Part shown: in pieces, positions 62,734-64,000 of the stretch
How positions within the stretch are numbered: the first letter of the stretch is position 1
How the letters are laid out: the number at the start of each line of letters is the position of its first letter
Source: Paecilomyces variotii
Lineage: Eukaryota
Strand: one strand, 5' to 3'
DNA length: 64,000 nucleotides
NCBI GenBank assembly: GCA_004022145.1
Contig: RCNU01000011.1
Made by a program: the position numbers and the translations under genes
The notes under the pieces: generated by a model
Databases searched by the model: none
Told to the model about the DNA's origin: nothing
The model's input: only the letters and a program-made list of their open reading frames with translations

Positions 62734-63633
62734 CTAGTTGGGAGACTTTGTCCCTTCCACAGGCGGCTTGATCCAGCCCTTTAGGCCAGCCTTCTGTATG
62801 CCCCTGTACCAAACATTACCCATCTTCCGGTATCCCTCGTCTGTCGGATGGAGACCGTCCACAAGTTCCTTCGTTGTCAGCGCGTGACTGAAATCGACAA
62901 CCATGACCGTTTTGCCCGCCCTGGCACGCTTCGCCACGACGCCTGGGACCGCCTTATTGTAGGTATTGATCCGAGCCATAGTAGTCGGGTTAGCTGCGGG
63001 GATGATCTTAGCTACTAGAACAGCGGCATCAGGGCAAGCAGCGACGATTTGATCGATCAGGCTTCCGAGACGCGCAGGGGCGCTATCCGGATCGTCTGGC
63101 TGGTTCATATCGTTTGTCCCAGCATGGACAAGAACGACATTTGGACGCATGGGTAATGAATAGTTCGCGTATGTGGCGATCTCGCTGATAACGGCACCGT
63201 TGTGTCCCTCATTCTGATTATCGCACATCGTCCCCGAGGATACGCTTCCGATCATATTGACCCTGTTTCCTCGGGACAGATCCTGTTCAAGTCTCCAGCG
63301 GTATCCGTTTCCATCGCTGCTCCTGTAACCGAATGTAATAGAATCACCTAACGGTAGGATCCGGAGGGGCGTGCCGCCGCCAATGGTCACCGTGAGATTG
63401 GAAAGTACCGCAGAGATAGGATTTGAAACATCGACAGCTTCACAGGCTGAAGAGGTCCGTGAGCCGATCCTTCTCACGTTTCGAATTGAGGGAGCGGACT
63501 CTGGCATACTGTCAGCGACCATGTCTGGTTGCGTGTCAAGGAATGAATGAATGTACTGTACTCATGCAGCACTAGGTGGGCACTCACCGCAAAACACTGT
63601 CAAGCAGCTTAATAAAACAAATGTATTATACAT
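62734..63633 (-). CDS. Secreted SGNH/GDSL hydrolase (CE3 acetylxylan esterase-like), 2 exons
   Basis: Signal-like exon MYNTFVLLSCLTVFC (63633-63588), intron 63525-63587. Motifs LPLGDSITFG, EGHNG, HAGTND, DGLHP. Confidence 0.88.
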
Positions 63634-64000
63634 TATCAGCCAAGACATACTTGCGACGGGACAAGGAGGACAGAAGTAGAGGAAGGTCCGGACAGATGTC
63701 AGGGACCGATGTCAACTTAAACAAAGAGATCGCCATCTCCTGGACCCCTCCAGACTGCTCATTAGCCTTCCTTGCTTGGAAAGGGCGTACACGCATGCCA
63801 CATGGTACTTTTTCTCACGTAAGTATTCATTCCAGGACCGCGGTCTTTCGCGCCCTGTGCTAGCCTCTGGCGCGTACTGTGACACTTTCAATCAAGGGAT
63901 GGAACGCGATTCGAGGACAACGATTGAACTATTGACCACCTCCGCTCTCTAGCGCCTTGACGCAGTCCATCGGTGCAGTAAAATGGGAGTAAATCATCGC

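Overview
Eukaryotic DNA from a filamentous ascomycete, probably Eurotiales, judged from short GT-AG introns with CTRAY branch points and from gene content. Core genes: an AT-hook protein, UGP1, tricalbin, STI1, RPC34, an ING/PHD protein, an SDR and an SGNH esterase. A small secondary-metabolism-like block at 13.0-25.4 kb holds a DHA2 MFS pump, an A-T-R NRPS-like carboxylic acid reductase, tRNA-Ser(AGA), a siderophore-iron transporter and a Zn2Cys6 regulator. There is also an unusual trypsin-fold protease gene and a head-to-head GH12 glucanase / cellulose-synthase-like GT2 pair. Two decayed accessory islands (about 4.1-12.8 kb and 50.0-54.7 kb) carry pseudogenised ParB/DUF3723-like fragments, and the left one also has DUF3716-like and helicase fragments. 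The most striking signal is a 16-bp palindrome (consensus TCTAACTTAAGTTAGA) inside four successive very short predicted introns of the ParB-like gene in the right island, with a degenerate copy in a predicted intron of the left island. All family calls are by eye from motifs; no searches were run.
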